Source: Eledone cirrhosa (lineage: Eukaryota). Taken from it: a stretch of 64,000 bases of DNA. A program made the position numbers and the translations under genes. This document shows positions 43,988 to 56,751 of this stretch, one piece after another. Position 1 is the first letter of the stretch. Each line of letters begins with the position of its first letter. The stretch spans positions 23,436,001 through 23,500,000 of the forward strand of contig OZ024746.1 of the NCBI GenBank assembly GCA_964016885.1, written 5' to 3'. The notes beneath the pieces are model-generated. The model searched no databases, was not told the origin of the DNA, and was given only the letters and a program-made list of their open reading frames with translations.

Positions 43988-44217
43988 ACAGAGCTAGCAT
44001 AAGCTCTTAAATACTCAAGAACACATTGTAGAGCTAGCCTAGGGCACTAAATACCCAGACACACAAGGTAGAGCTAACCTAGGGTCTTAAATACCCAGGC
44101 ACACACAATAGAGCTAGCCTAGGGCACTAAATACCAACTCACACATAGTAGAGCTAGCCTAGAGCACTAAATACTCAGGAACACATTGTAGCTAGCCAAG
44201 GGTCCTAAATACCCAGG
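43988..44217. repeat. ~40-bp minisatellite, about 6 copies
   Basis: tagagctagcctagggcactaaatacccag(ac)acac. Confidence 0.85.
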
Positions 44218-45247
44218 TGCTGGCCCTGGTCTTAGAAGTTCCATCATTGTATATTCCAGTCATGTCAGGGTTTGACAGTAGTATCTGTTAGATAAGTTAC
44301 TAAACTCCAGCTAAGCTGCTATTTTCGTCATCTCCAGTAAGATACCATTGTAATGATATAATGTACTCATTTCCTTACATAATTGGGTTTCTGCCATGGT
44401 ATATTGTATCATCGACACTATCATCAGCATCATCATCATCAACACTATCAGCATCAGCATCATCAGTATCATTTTCATCATCATCATCAGCAACATTTTA
44501 AGCCTGTTATTCCATACTTTCATGGGTTGGATGGATCATTACAGACATAGCGAGTATTTAATTGAAGCTACTGTCCTAGACCAGTTGGGACCATTATCTC
44601 ATTTATGTACATTCCAGTTTTGGCTTGGTTTCTACAACTGGATGCCCTTCCTCACACTAACCACTTTCCAGAGTGTACTGTGGCACCACCATCTAGAGGG
44701 GTGAGGGAGCTACATATATATATATATATATGTGTGTCTGTGTGAGTGTGTGAAGGTGCATGGCTTAGTGGTTAGGGTGTTTGGCTCACAATCACAAATG
44801 ACAGAGGGCCTCCATATATATATATATATATACTCCCTGTAAAGTGGTCGTATTGGTGACAGGACAAAAAGCACCTGGTACACCCTGCAGGGTGGTCATG
44901 CTGGTGATACGATGAAAAAGTACCCAGTCTAACTTGTCAGTTGGTCGTTTTGGTGCCTCGATAAAAAGCATCCATTCCAAACTGTGGTTGGTGTTAGATG
45001 GGCATCCAGCCATAGAAACAATGTGAGGCACAGCTCTGTGTAAGTCAGACACAGTCAGCTAATCTGACCTGTCTCACAACATCAGCACAACTCACCTAAG
45101 CCATGTAAGCATACAAAATGGATGTTAAACTGTGGTGATGATGATACATATATATATATGTGTGTGTGTGTGTATATATTTGTATATATACATACACACA
45201 AACACATAGCTGATGTTGCTCACTCAATATAATATTATACTCTACAC

Positions 45248-45454
45248 CAGGCATGTCAAACTGAGGGTCCCCCGAGGACCACATGGGTCACATGTGTTGT
45301 CTGAGGGCCACACATGACAACTAATTAGGCACATTACAACTAATTTTTTATATTTTATATTACAAAGATAAAACATGCTTGCGCTGTAAAAACCTTTGTG
45401 TAGGCCAAAGGTGTGTAGGTGTGCTTGTAAAGAGCCGCATGTTTGACATGCCTG
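45248..45454. mobile_element. hAT-superfamily MITE with 8-bp target-site duplication
   Basis: TIR CAGGCATGTCAAAC/GTTTGACATGCCTG; flanking CTCTACAC duplicated at 45240-45247 and 45455-45462. Confidence 0.9.
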
Positions 45455-45503
45455 CTCTACACAATGTACATTCACACATATAGAAATATATACATATATA
45501 TAT

Positions 45504-46189
45504 AATATATTTAGAAACACACAGATACATGCGGACACACACATATACATGAATGCATCCGCACCAACCGCGAGTTAAGGGTGCCAACTTCACCGATGTT
45601 GCTCAATGAATGACTGGGACAGACCAATCCGGTTGAACTAGACTGAACCAGTATCAGAGTTAAATATACATTATGAAGGGAGAAGAAACATTTAGATATA
45701 ATTAGTAATAAAATGTATCATACCTAAACTGCTCCTAGATTCCTCGACTACGTAGTTTCGTGGCATAAACAAAAACAATACATCATAAAGATATAGAGTC
45801 CTTGCGAGGTCTGCCGACTTATCAAGAGGATACCTCATTTTACTAGTCTCAAGAACGCGTCTATACGACGTGAGAAAGAATCCCAAAAAGCGGAGGGGGA
45901 GATAGTCACGCGATATAACGGTCGAGAAACAGAGCTAAGCCTCTTATAACCCCGAAGAAAATACCACGGAGGCGGAGGGGGTATTTATATCGAAGCCGTA
46001 GAAGAGGTGGTGAAGGAGGCCAGAAGTATGAGTAATGGAAGCTTTCCAGCAGTCCCCACACTTCAAAGATTGCTCGACCAGAGGGAGTTATTAACAATAT
46101 ATTTAGAAACACACAGATACATGCGGACACACACATATACATGAATGCATCCGCACCAACCGCGAGTTAAGGGTGCCAACTTCACCGAT
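45504..46189 (-). mobile_element. Retrozyme-like or Penelope pseudo-LTR non-coding element: 592-bp unit with 94-bp identical direct repeats (45504-45597, 46096-46189)
   Basis: Direct repeats read identical; internal hammerhead; TATAAATA on the minus strand at 45982-45989. Confidence 0.7.
45741..45830 (-). ncRNA. Type-I hammerhead ribozyme with U3-A8 covariant core
   Basis: tcctc-TTGATAA-gtcggcagac...gtttatgccac-GAAA-ctacgtag-TC^gagga; 5-bp stem I, palindromic stem III ACTACGTAGT, GUC triplet. Confidence 0.75.
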
Positions 46190-46511
46190 ATATCATCATC
46201 ACCGTTTTACGTCCATTCTTCCACGCTATCATGGGTTAGACGGGTTGTCCTGTTGTGGGCAATGCCAGGTCAGGTGACCATGTCTTGCTCACATAGATAT
46301 GTAATGTTTTTGTGTGTATTTTATATATATACTTCGTTTTTGTATTTGTTTTGCAAGATTTCTTATCTGAAAACGTGTATTGAAACATTGTTATACTTTG
46401 GGATGGTCATGCTGCCAATAAAAGCACATGCACTTGTTGGTTTTCACTTCAATTTATTATAAACTTCCAGTTGGTTAGTTTAATAACCGGATGATTGTTT
46501 ATTTGTTTATT

Positions 46512-46553
46512 GTCAAAGCTCTTTTGTCACACATTCTGTGACTCCTCAGTGAC
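46512..46553 (-). ncRNA. Hammerhead motif (GAAA decayed to AAAA)
   Basis: gtca-CTGAGGA-gtcaca gaatg tgtgac-AAAA-gagc-TT^tgac. Confidence 0.6.
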
Positions 46554-46638
46554 TAATTTATTTTGTACCTCTCCTTTGTTCTGTCCTATTCTATTTTTGG
46601 CGTAGGCATTACAATATAACGGGAGGAAACATACTAAT

Positions 46639-46680
46639 ACCACTGATGATGTCGCAGATGTGTAACGAAAGAACTTTGAT
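46639..46680 (+). ncRNA. Hammerhead motif (diverged)
   Basis: acca-CTGATGA-t-gtcgca gatg tgtaac-GAAA-gaac-TT^tgat. Confidence 0.55.
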
Positions 46681-46872
46681 AGACTATATATATATATATA
46701 TTTATATATATTTTTAACCGTTGGTCAATCAATGATAAACATTGATTGCCAGATAAATTAACTATGGAGATATACAAGATACAGAAGCGAAAACCAACCC
46801 AAACCAAACTGAGTGTGTTTTGTTATTATTTCTGGCAATATTATTACAATATGACCCTCCCCAAGTATAACA

Positions 46873-46922
<50 letters not shown>

Positions 46923-47370
46923 ATGTCGGTGTCTACGGGTATGTTTACATTGGTCAAAAAAAAAACCATGTTTATATTGTTCCGTTACGTCCTATAATTT
47001 GGTGGGCCGACAAATAGAAATCGATAAAAAAAAACAAGTACCGGAAAGAAATGACCACCGGTGTTGATATTGTCAACTAAACTTTCGGAGCGGGTGCTCG
47101 AGTATGACCGCAGTCCAATAACTGAAACTAGTAAAAGAATATGTGTCTGTGTGTGTGTTTGTTTACATTAGTCTGAAAAAAAAGACGGTGTTATTTATAT
47201 TGTGCTCTTTTATGCCCCGTAACTTCGCGGATCGCTAAAAATAAGTACCTGGCTGAAATAAAAACTTGGTCGACGCCACCCCAGCATAGCCGCAGTCCAA
47301 TAAATGAAACCAGTAAAATAATAAACGAATATTTACTTTTACAATAGATTTATCAGTATTTTCCACTTAC

Positions 47371-47658
47371 CTGGCGAAAATTCTCTCACAACCTTGGAAT
47401 TTTTTATGTGAATTATCTTGATTTTCAGTTTACACCGAAGTCGACTGCCCATGTTGGTGCGGCCTTCCTCCAGGCTTCCCCGGGAAGCCGTCTTTGGTTG
47501 CTTATTTCCTTGACTGACTTTCGTCTTTTTAACATGACCAGTAATCGAAATGTATTCTAAAGAACTGGCATGAAATCATCGTAGGTATCGAAGCTGGGTT
47601 TATTTATAATAAAACAGCTGTATTTCTCTGCGGCGGTCTGTGTGTAGTATCTGGCATC
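47371..47658 (-). other. Candidate exon of an antisense transcript nested in the CSKMT intron
   Basis: Acceptor ttgttgttgacag| and donor cag|gtaagt bracket CpG-retaining unique sequence; a late ATG opens MGSRLRCKLKIKIIHIKNSKVVREFSP up to the donor. Confidence 0.42.
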
Positions 47659-48419
47659 TGTCAACAACAATTGGGTTGAAAAAAAAAATATATAGAATCA
47701 TTTCGCGTATAAGATGAGATAATGAAAATATAGGCAAAAGACAACAGAACTTTCGTAAGTACGTGTCAACGTGTGTAAAGGTATTTAAGATAAAATAGAC
47801 AACTGAATTATAGCGGAAAAAGAAAATGTTTGGTAAAGCTATTCTTTACCAAATATTCTTTATTTATTCATTTCTGCTTAATGCTATTACATATTTCAAC
47901 ATGTAATTGCGAAGTTACAAAATGAAATTCTGATTCTGATCGAGGTGTGCAAAACTTTGTAAAGCAACCAGACGTTCGTGCCCTTAGTTTTAATAATATT
48001 AGTTTTGTTATTAAGAATATATATATTTTTATTTCTTAGGAATAACAAAGCTCTAACTTATGACCGGGTACGTAGACTTTCGGGTATTTTTGAACCCATC
48101 TTTGGTACTTTAAACTTTCACCCAACTACAGCAAAAGAAATTGACGGACGCTTAATCCCTGAGGGTTCCCTACATTATTGTGAATAATACTAGCTATAAG
48201 TTCATATCTCTTTTGCACGTTGACAATGTAGGTACATATACACTTATATCTGCCGTTTTTATTTTTTTACGCAAATCTGGTTTTATGTACATATAAACAA
48301 TTTATATAATAAATATGATTTACAAAAGAAACAAATTGCTAGAAATTAATAAAGAAAAGAAGAGAATGAAAATAAAATCATAAGAAGGCATGTACACTTA
48401 ATTACATACTGCAATAGAA

Positions 48420-48590
48420 ATCTTTGAGGCAAGCCAAGACACCCACGGCATTACTGCGAGTGATAGCGAGGCTGAGGCACTGGAATAGCCAAACACCTTC
48501 CACAACATGACCTGATACGTGAGTCAGACGAGCCCATCAGCAGTGGCAAAAACGTCGTGGTCAGCGAACTGAAATAAGTCCAAACTTCGT
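48420..48590 (-). mobile_element. CRE-like retrotransposon 3' fragment
   Basis: GHVVEGVWLFQCLSLAITRSNAVGVLACLK. Confidence 0.7.
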
Positions 48591-49289
48591 ACATTTTCAC
48601 ATCAGCTGTTCTCAACTAGGGGTCCATAAAAGTCGTAGGAGAGGGTGGGGAGTCGGTCGGTGAGCAAAATTCAGAATGTCAATTACTTTGTTAAAACACA
48701 CTATTGTGTATCCATTCTTCACTTAGTGTAAACATTTGTCTTTTGATTGTTATTCTCACTGGATAACTATGTAGGAGGGTAGTAATTGTAGCGAGGGTGA
48801 GAAGGTCCATGGGTAAAAAGGTTGGGAACTGCTACTGTAGATACTATCTACGTGAAGGCGCGTGACTTGCTGGTCTGGGGGGTTTCGGCCCACAACTGTA
48901 CGGTCATGGGTTCGTTTCTCGGCTACATGTTGTGTCCTTTAGCAAAGATATTTTATTTCTTATTGCTCCAGTCCACTTAGCTGAAAACTACGTTACGGTT
49001 GCACGTGTCTACGGAATGCTCAGCCACTTGCATATTAATTTCATGTGTAGGCTGTTTAATTTGTCAAACGACTGGAACACTCACTGTCGGAACCGACGGA
49101 AGTCCAACACACGTTGAAAGTATTTTTGTAACTATCTAAAAGGTGCGCTTTTTTTTTTTTAACAGTTTACATTTCGATTTTCTAAAAAAAATTTTTCATA
49201 TGGATAAAATGATCTTCTATATCACGCTAATTTATTTGATGTTGATAGGGAAAGGGTTAGGATTATTAAGCAACGAAAGAAAGAAGGAA

Positions 49290-49475
49290 GGAGTGCGGGT
49301 GACAGACTCTACACCTAAGCCAGAGTGGTGTTTTGGCTGTGCTTCGCGGACAAAATGGCAAAGGCATTTCCGCGGACAATGGCCAGTAGCATCCGCTGCA
49401 AAAGGCACCCTACCTCGCGGGGCTCCTCTTCCCAGACGGGCTATCGTCATTCTGATTTTACGGAGGGGGTCGGGT
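49290..49475 (-). mobile_element. CRE-like retrotransposon 3' fragment
   Basis: EEPREVGCLLQRMLLAIVRGNAFAILSA. Confidence 0.7.
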
Positions 49476-51869
49476 AAAATATATTATATCGAAATAAACG
49501 ATGTACATGTAATTACATAATAGCAAATTTAACATTTTTTCCCGAAACAAATATGCTGATAATATAAGGGAAACTGAAAGTAAATTTCTGTTGTGAACTT
49601 ATTTCTTCAAAACATAAACAGTAAAACGTTGTTTTGTTTTACGACACTAATCTTTAGACGTTCCTTACTTCTATTACAATAATTAACTTCAGGGAATTTA
49701 AATTAAGTATCAGTTAATCAATTAACAAAATTAAAACGACACATTTAAACTACAATATCATAGACACAGCTTAAATATATCTACATAGTTTCATGTGGTT
49801 TAAGTGAAATGTCGATAAGTTAATAGACGTGGGCCCGTAACTCCCGTTAGAGTCGTAGGGGTGCGATGTTGACATATTGCATTTCTTGGGCATTTTAAGC
49901 CTGGCAGAGTCCTTCAGGTCTGAACGCGGCAGATTTCTTCCAGAGAAGGGTAGAAAGTGAGAAAGAGATATAGAGGAAGAATCGACAACAGTACTAGACT
50001 AATACTTTTTTTTATCGACCTCGAAAGGACGAAAGGCAAAATTGATCTAAGCGGGATTTGAACTCAGAGAGCAGGAATGAATCCACAAAGCATTCTATCC
50101 AATATTCTATCGACTCTGCCAACTCGACATAATGATTTATTGCACTGCCCCACTACTATCACCACTGAATTTGTTCCTTCATATTTTTTTTTAATAATGC
50201 ATGTTTTTGTAATAAAATTTTGCAGTTACATTTTTACACACACACACACAGGACACATCAAAATAAGTTATTTAACAAGCAAAAATAGCGTTGTATAAAT
50301 TGTTATGATTTACAAAAGGAATAATTCAATAAAAAGAAACAGAAAGATAAGAAAAAGAAAAGAGAGAGAGAGAGAGGGGGGGGGGATATACAGGCTTAAT
50401 TCCACGTAGAATTCCAAGTCCAAACACCAAGGACCTTCATGTTTCACCTTTAGAAAGAAACACCAATAATCCTTGTTATAACAGACAATGTCGGTATTTT
50501 TCTCTAAAGGTGTGCATGTATTTTCATCATTTTTTCTCTTTTTTCTGATTAATTTTTATTGATTTGTTTATTTTAAAAATTATATTTATATAATAATAAC
50601 AATGACAATTATTGTGTACCTGGCTCAGGTAAAATGTTTTAATAAACAGTCTTAGCATATTAGACTCAATCGACAAGATCCCAGACCTCATTAGCTTACT
50701 GAGTGGAATGGAACTTGTTCAAATTGGACCAAGGAAACAATGTTTCCATTGGTTCTTTCCATTGCTGATTCTATCTACCGATCGCAACTCCTGGCAGAAA
50801 GAGCAGCGTGAAATAAAGTATCTTGCTCAAAGACATAACGCATTGCACGGTCCAAGAATCGAACTTGTAACCTCGCAATTCCCAACAGAAGTGTGGAAGG
50901 GGGAGAGGAAATAACCATTTTTTAAAAAGGGGAAACAACTTTGACCTGAAGGTATATAAAATAATTGTTTCTAATTTTAGCACAAGGCCAGCAATTTGAA
51001 GGGAAGTGTGTGTGTGTGTGTGGAGGGGTTCGATTAAATAGACTCCAGTGCGTTACTGTAATGAATTTTTCAACGAACTCTTCAACTCTGCTACAATTAC
51101 CCCCCCCCCCTCCCTATTGTTATGCGGTGAGAATAAGAATCAAAAAAGAATCCCTGACTTAATGTCTTGACATATATATATATATACACACACACACACG
51201 CACGTTCTGTTGAAACCGTTAGTAGCTTTACATAATTTACCTGATGATAGATACACTGAATGGCCAGATAAGCAGACATTTATATACGCACATCTGTATA
51301 CTCTCACAACAAACACACACAGGACGTGGGAGAGATAGTTGGTACTGAAAGAAGTTAATCTTGTCAATTAGGATACGCAATAAGTGTTAGCATGTATTGA
51401 GAAAGAGAATGGTGGTGGGGGTGAGGGGAGAGAAATAAATTTTGAACAGTTTGATGAAGATAGTGGTTGGCACAGGATTGTAGGTTTTGAGAGTAATGAA
51501 AGTCACATCATCGTGACTAATCGCTTTGTTGGGTTTATGAACAGAAATAACCCAACCCAGAGAGAAAGAGAGAATGTTACAAGTTTTATAAAGTTGATAG
51601 TAATTGTATTGAATCTCTTCTGGCATGTTAATTTACTTAAGAGTTGCCTCCCTTGAAATTTCCAAGCAAGCCTACCGAAAAAAGAACAAAAAGAAAAAGA
51701 ACCTGTAATGATATTAGTTGCAGATAAGTATATGCACATTATAGGCTATAATCATTAGTTCATAATCTATTAAATTTGAGCCATACAGTCCATAGTTTGT
51801 TTAGTCCTTCTGTGGAGTATGCAGAAGGTTTACTGTGTAAATTGTGTTACTGAATTGAAAGTGTCTTGT

Positions 51870-52000
51870 GTAGGATGTCGGCTATGGAATGGCTCTTCCA
51901 GCGCATCTCCCTTACTATTCTCTGGGGAAACGCCTTCTCCATTCTGTCCGCCGAGGCTGTGGGGCGTCCAGCACGTGGGACTCCATTTGCTTACACTACA
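51870..52000 (+). mobile_element. CRE-like retrotransposon 3' fragment
   Basis: EWLFQRISLTILWGNAFSILSA. Confidence 0.72.
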
Positions 52001-52349
52001 GAGAGGTGGAGGCGATGACAGTGGGAGTTTGGCTCTTCCCTGTTTGGACACATTGCATCTGTCATGTGGATCATGTTATATTTTTCCATATATACATTGT
52101 GTAGTAAACTTCTAAAAGTAAGTTAGACTTATATTTTGTTCACTTTGATATATAAGTAAGATTACCAGTAGCACTAACATAGTGTGTTGTTATCTAGTTT
52201 GTTGTGTATCTCATCCATTCAACATCACTTCTTTGCCTCCCACCACCATCACCTCTCCCTCTGACACACCACCACCACCAAATCTCTCTATATCCCTAAC
52301 GGTGTTATTTTTTGGATTGTTCGTACAGTTTTGATGCTTTGTGTGGCTT

Positions 52350-52745
52350 TTGTCTGCTACTGATACCATGTAACTTTCATGGTTGTTGGTCGGTGACTAA
52401 CTAACTCCCTCACCAAACCCTGGTCAGGACAGGTCAGGCTTCTGCCTGCTACTGGCACCATGTAACCCAGTATAACCTGCTTCATAGTCAAGTGGTCAAC
52501 AACTAAACTGATTCCTCCATCTAACTCTGGTCTGGTTAGGTCAGGTCAGGCATCTGCCAGCTACTGGTACCATGAACCCAGTACAACCTGCTTCATGGTC
52601 AAGTGGTCAGCGACTAAAACCGGCGCTAACCCAACTGACTCTGGTCTAGTCTGATCAGGTCAGATTAGGCTTTTGCCTGCTACTGATACTATGTAACCCA
52701 GTACAACTGCTTCATGGTTGATTGGTCAGTGACTAACCAGCTCCC
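52350..52745. repeat. Four degenerate ~95-120 bp tandem repeats
   Basis: Recurring ctgctactg.taccatgtaacccagtacaacctgcttcatggtc..tggtca..gactaa..ggtcagg. Confidence 0.75.
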
Positions 52746-53090
52746 CCACCAGACCCTTATCTTGTAGGATGGTAAGTAGATCCCTAGCAGTACAAAAAGC
52801 AAAAACTGTTAAAAGGGTAGATGAACTCTTCAGAGTCAATGACCATCCACCCCAACTATGGGTTCAATAACCTCACCACCTGCAATTGGCCAGGTGTGGT
52901 AAGTATGACTACACCCCTGACAAGACCAAGACCAAACAGAAAAGTGGTTGTCAACCAGGGAGGGGTTCCTCCAACAGGAGTGGATTGGATAGTTACTATA
53001 TTTTTCTTAATATCACTTTTTATCTAACCAGCTGCTCCAATTATTCATGGATTCTCTGCTTTCTAAATAGTTTGTTTTTATTTATTTCAG

Positions 53091-53731
53091 GTGAAGCATT
53101 AAGTAAACTGGAATATTGGAAATCTCACTATAAAAAGAATTTAAAAGATAATAATGAATTCGATTGGTTGCTGAATTCAGAAATGGTTTCCAACACTGTA
53201 TTAGATCAACTTGGTCTTGTCCAAGGAACTACTCTATTGGACTTAGGTTGTGGAATGTCTTCTGTTTCTCAAAAACTTATTCAAAAATGCCAGCAGCCAA
53301 TCTTTGTTCACAGTTTAGACTACATAGCAAGTGTTGTAGAGCACCAGAGGAAACTCCATGCATTTGTTTCAAAGGGTCACATGACTTCCGGTTCTGATTG
53401 TATAGTTGCTGATGCCTGTCTGTTGCCATACAAGGATGATGTGTTTGATGTAGTTATTGATAAAGGAACAATGGACAGTCTTTTAAAGGATGAGGTCAAA
53501 GAAAGGAGAATGAAAAGGTTTGTTTCTTTGTTAAAGGAGTCTTTACGAATTTTGAGAGCAGGGGGTTGCTTTTTACAATTTACTGATGAAGATCCCGACA
53601 TCCATTATGATATTTTATTCAGCACAATCCAGAAACTTCCATCTTGTCATCAGTATCAGCTAAGTTTCACGTCAGTTGCTTCTGATCCTTACACATGTTA
53701 TGTTTATTCAATAAAGAAAACTAGGGCATGA
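53091..53731 (+). CDS. CSKMT: Main coding exon of citrate synthase-lysine N-methyltransferase (METTL12/CSKMT)-like class I SAM-dependent methyltransferase
   Basis: Acceptor tttatttatttcag|; YW..HY..FDW, motif I LLDLGCG, VIDKGTMDS, ESLRILRAGG and the CSKMT-typical QFTDEDPD (human QFSDEDPD); stop at 53729-53731. Confidence 0.9.
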
Positions 53732-54122
53732 CATGATGCACCATGTTCTCTGGTGACACCATCATCCCTTCAGTGACAAACCCAGACACTGCCACCAGTG
53801 ATACAGAGGAACGAAAGATAATCAAACAACAGGCTTTGACTGATTGTTTCTGTTTTATATCAGTTGCCTTGGAGATCTCATTAGTATCCTCACTTCCTGG
53901 ACTGTCATTTTCCTTCACAAAATCATAAGCTTCATGAAGTGAAATGTCTGATACAGCAATGTTGTCATCATCTTGTCCACAGGGTTCAGCTGAGATGTAC
54001 CACCCAGCCAAGTGTGCAGAGTTTGCCCCCTCCCTCTCCTTTTTTTTGTTTCTCTCCCACCTTTTTTCTCTTCATGTTTGTAAATATGTACAACTGAAAC
54101 TGAATATATAATATTTTGATTT

Positions 54123-54148
54123 AATAAAGTATATCATAGTTTAATAAA
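54123..54148 (+). promoter_or_regulatory. Candidate polyadenylation signals of CSKMT
   Basis: Two AATAAA hexamers (54123, 54143) about 400 bp after the stop codon. Confidence 0.45.
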
Positions 54149-54789
54149 GACTTAGATTCTCAAGATTAGTTGTTAAATAATAATTGTTTCTACTTTAGGC
54201 ACAAGGCCAACAATTACCCAGTGCATTACTGGTACTTTATTTTATCGACCCCGTAAGGAGGAAAGGCAAAGTCAACCTCGGCGGGATTTGAACTCAGATC
54301 GTAAAGGGACGTAACTATGCTGAAAAACATGGCATCCGACCCTCTACCAATACTGCCAATAATAATGGTTTCTGATTTAGGCACAAGGCCAACAATTTTG
54401 TTGGGAGGGGAAAGTCAATTAAATCAGCACCAGTGTGTTACTGCTACTTGATTTTATTGACCCCTTAAGGATGAAAGACAAAGCTAACCTTCGTGATATT
54501 TGAACTCAGTATATAAAGGGACACAACTATGTGCCACAAAGTAAAGTGTCTGATGCTCTACTGATACAGCCAATCCACTGCCCTTAGTTGTTAATTAATA
54601 ATGAACTGTTAATTACTAATGAATCGAATATTTTGTTTGTGTTAGTGTTTACTTTAATAATCTTTCAGGACTAACAAATCTTCAGATTAATAATTATGTG
54701 TAATTAAAATTAATTAATGAAGGAAACGTCAAACACTATGATAGAGATGGAGAGAACATATTAATGTTAGGTTTCAGTGGGAATTTAAT

Positions 54790-55222
54790 ATACCACCACC
54801 TTCACCATCAACACCTCCATTACCACCACCATCATCATCAACACAACCATCACCTTCATCAACACAACTACCACCTTCACCATCACCACCATCACCACTG
54901 CAACCACCACAACTACCACCTTCACCATCACCACTGCAACCACCAACACTAGCATCAACACAACTTTCACCTTCACCACCACCACCACTGTTACCTCCAC
55001 CATCACCACCACAACCACCATTGCAACCAACACAACCACCACCACTACCATCAACACAACTACCACCTTCACCATCACCACTGCAACCACCACCACCACT
55101 ACCATCAACACAACTATCACCACCACAACCACCATTGCAACCAACACAACCACCACCACTAGCATCAACACAACTATCACTGTCACCACCACACCACCAT
55201 CATCATCATCATCATTATCATT
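54790..55222. repeat. (CAC/CAT/CAA)n low-complexity repeat with higher-order units
   Basis: caccaccatcaacacaactaccaccttcaccatc recurring. Confidence 0.88.
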
Positions 55223-56601
55223 ATACATCCACTTTCATGCTGGCATGAGTTGGACATTTTCAAATACCAGTAGAATGTTCTTCACCTGTATGACACACAG
55301 AGGTCTCCGGAAAAGAATTATGTGGCTTCTCGACACGCTAGAAACATCAGCTAAGTCAGCTTCAAATCACTTTAAAGAAGGACACATTGGATTGGGTGAG
55401 CTCAGATGGGAACCTTTCAGTTGCATCTTCATTTTTGGGAACAATGAGAGGTTTGGAGGGTAAGGTGCCTAGCAAATAAACAAAATGTCTTTGTCAAGAC
55501 ACCTTGGATCAGCTGTGATGAATGAGTCAGTGTGTTGTGGTGATACAGCTGTCAGTTTTGTGAGGCCCACTGAAACAACCTCATGCATGAGACTATATCA
55601 CAAATATGTCAGAGGATTTCCTAATAGTACTACTCCCTCGCAACTGTTTTTTTAATTTTTATTTTGGTATTTATTTATTTATTTAATCAATTTAAACTTT
55701 TGTATAGAGCTAGTAAGCCATGACAAACTATGGAAGTATCTAGTGCTTCATATAGTTAAGAAACAAAAAATAATATATATAGAGATTCATGAATATGAAA
55801 ATTGAAATTAAAAAAGTACAATAAATTAAAATAAAAAAAATTAAATAGGGAAGGTTAACTGGAAACAAAATCATCATCATCATCATTATCATTTAACATC
55901 CATTTTTCAGGTTAATGGGCTGTCCCTTTGGGAGAGATCACATCGGAGGACCATGTTTCGCTCACACAGAGCTGATTTTGGCTTGGTTTCTACAGCTGGA
56001 TGTCCTTCCTTACGCCAACCACATTTACAGTGTTTGCTGGGTGTGTTTTGTCATGACACTTACATGACCACTTTACAGCGTGGGCTGGGCACTTTTTCAA
56101 CAGTCCTCAAGAGACACATGACTTCCTGTATAATTGGTTGGTTTTCTATTACTAAAGACATCCTGCCATCATGACTTGGTGTAGCTTGTGATGTCTTTAT
56201 GGTGGCCCATTTCAAAATGAAAAAGTTGGGTTCTTTATTTAGGATCATTAACTACATAATGCCTGAAATTTTAGAACTTTTAGACAAAAATCCGTTGAAT
56301 GACTTAGTTATTGCGCCTCCCCAGTAATGATGTTAACAGTTTTTAAAATATCTTTATTTTTAACTGATTTTCATGCAAACATGTGAAATTCAAGTTAAAT
56401 TCATTAAAAAAATATTAGAAAAAATGTATTTAAAATAGATGCAGTTATGGCTATGTAGTTAAGAAGTTCACTTTGCAATCATGTCTTTTTGAATTCAGTC
56501 ACATTGTATGGCACTGTGGGCAAGTTTCTTCTATTGTAGCCATAGTCAACCAATGCCTTGTGAATGATATTTGATAGACAGAAACAGTGCAGAAGCCCAT
56601 C

Positions 56602-56636
<35 letters not shown>

Positions 56637-56751
56637 TGTGTGTGTATGTATATGTATTCATGTAAGTGTATCTTCAGGACCTCTAAAACTGGTGGGAAAG
56701 AAGGTATACAATAACTAGAGTTATTCATTAAGGGGTGATAAAACATTGATG

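Larger units (their letters stand above)
46332..46874. mobile_element. Penelope-like foldback element, family D: tail 46332-46386, terminal IR 46387-46410/46851-46874, two oppositely oriented hammerheads
   Basis: attgttatactttgggatggtcat / atgaccctccccaagtataacaat; homologous to 60503-60969. Confidence 0.7.

Noticed and set aside
52770-52900. Nearby GTAAGT donors as the CSKMT first exon
   Set aside because: Either the wrong phase, or an in-frame stop with no ATG upstream; the 35317 exon fits better
52886-53090. N-terminal 68 codons of the 281-aa ORF
   Set aside because: Starts at TTG, runs through a polypyrimidine tract and acceptor, and shows no methyltransferase similarity; considered intronic
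54764-55248. His-rich, Val-rich and Pro-rich ORFs (also 20398-20645, 30600-31640)
   Set aside because: Translations of trinucleotide low-complexity repeats
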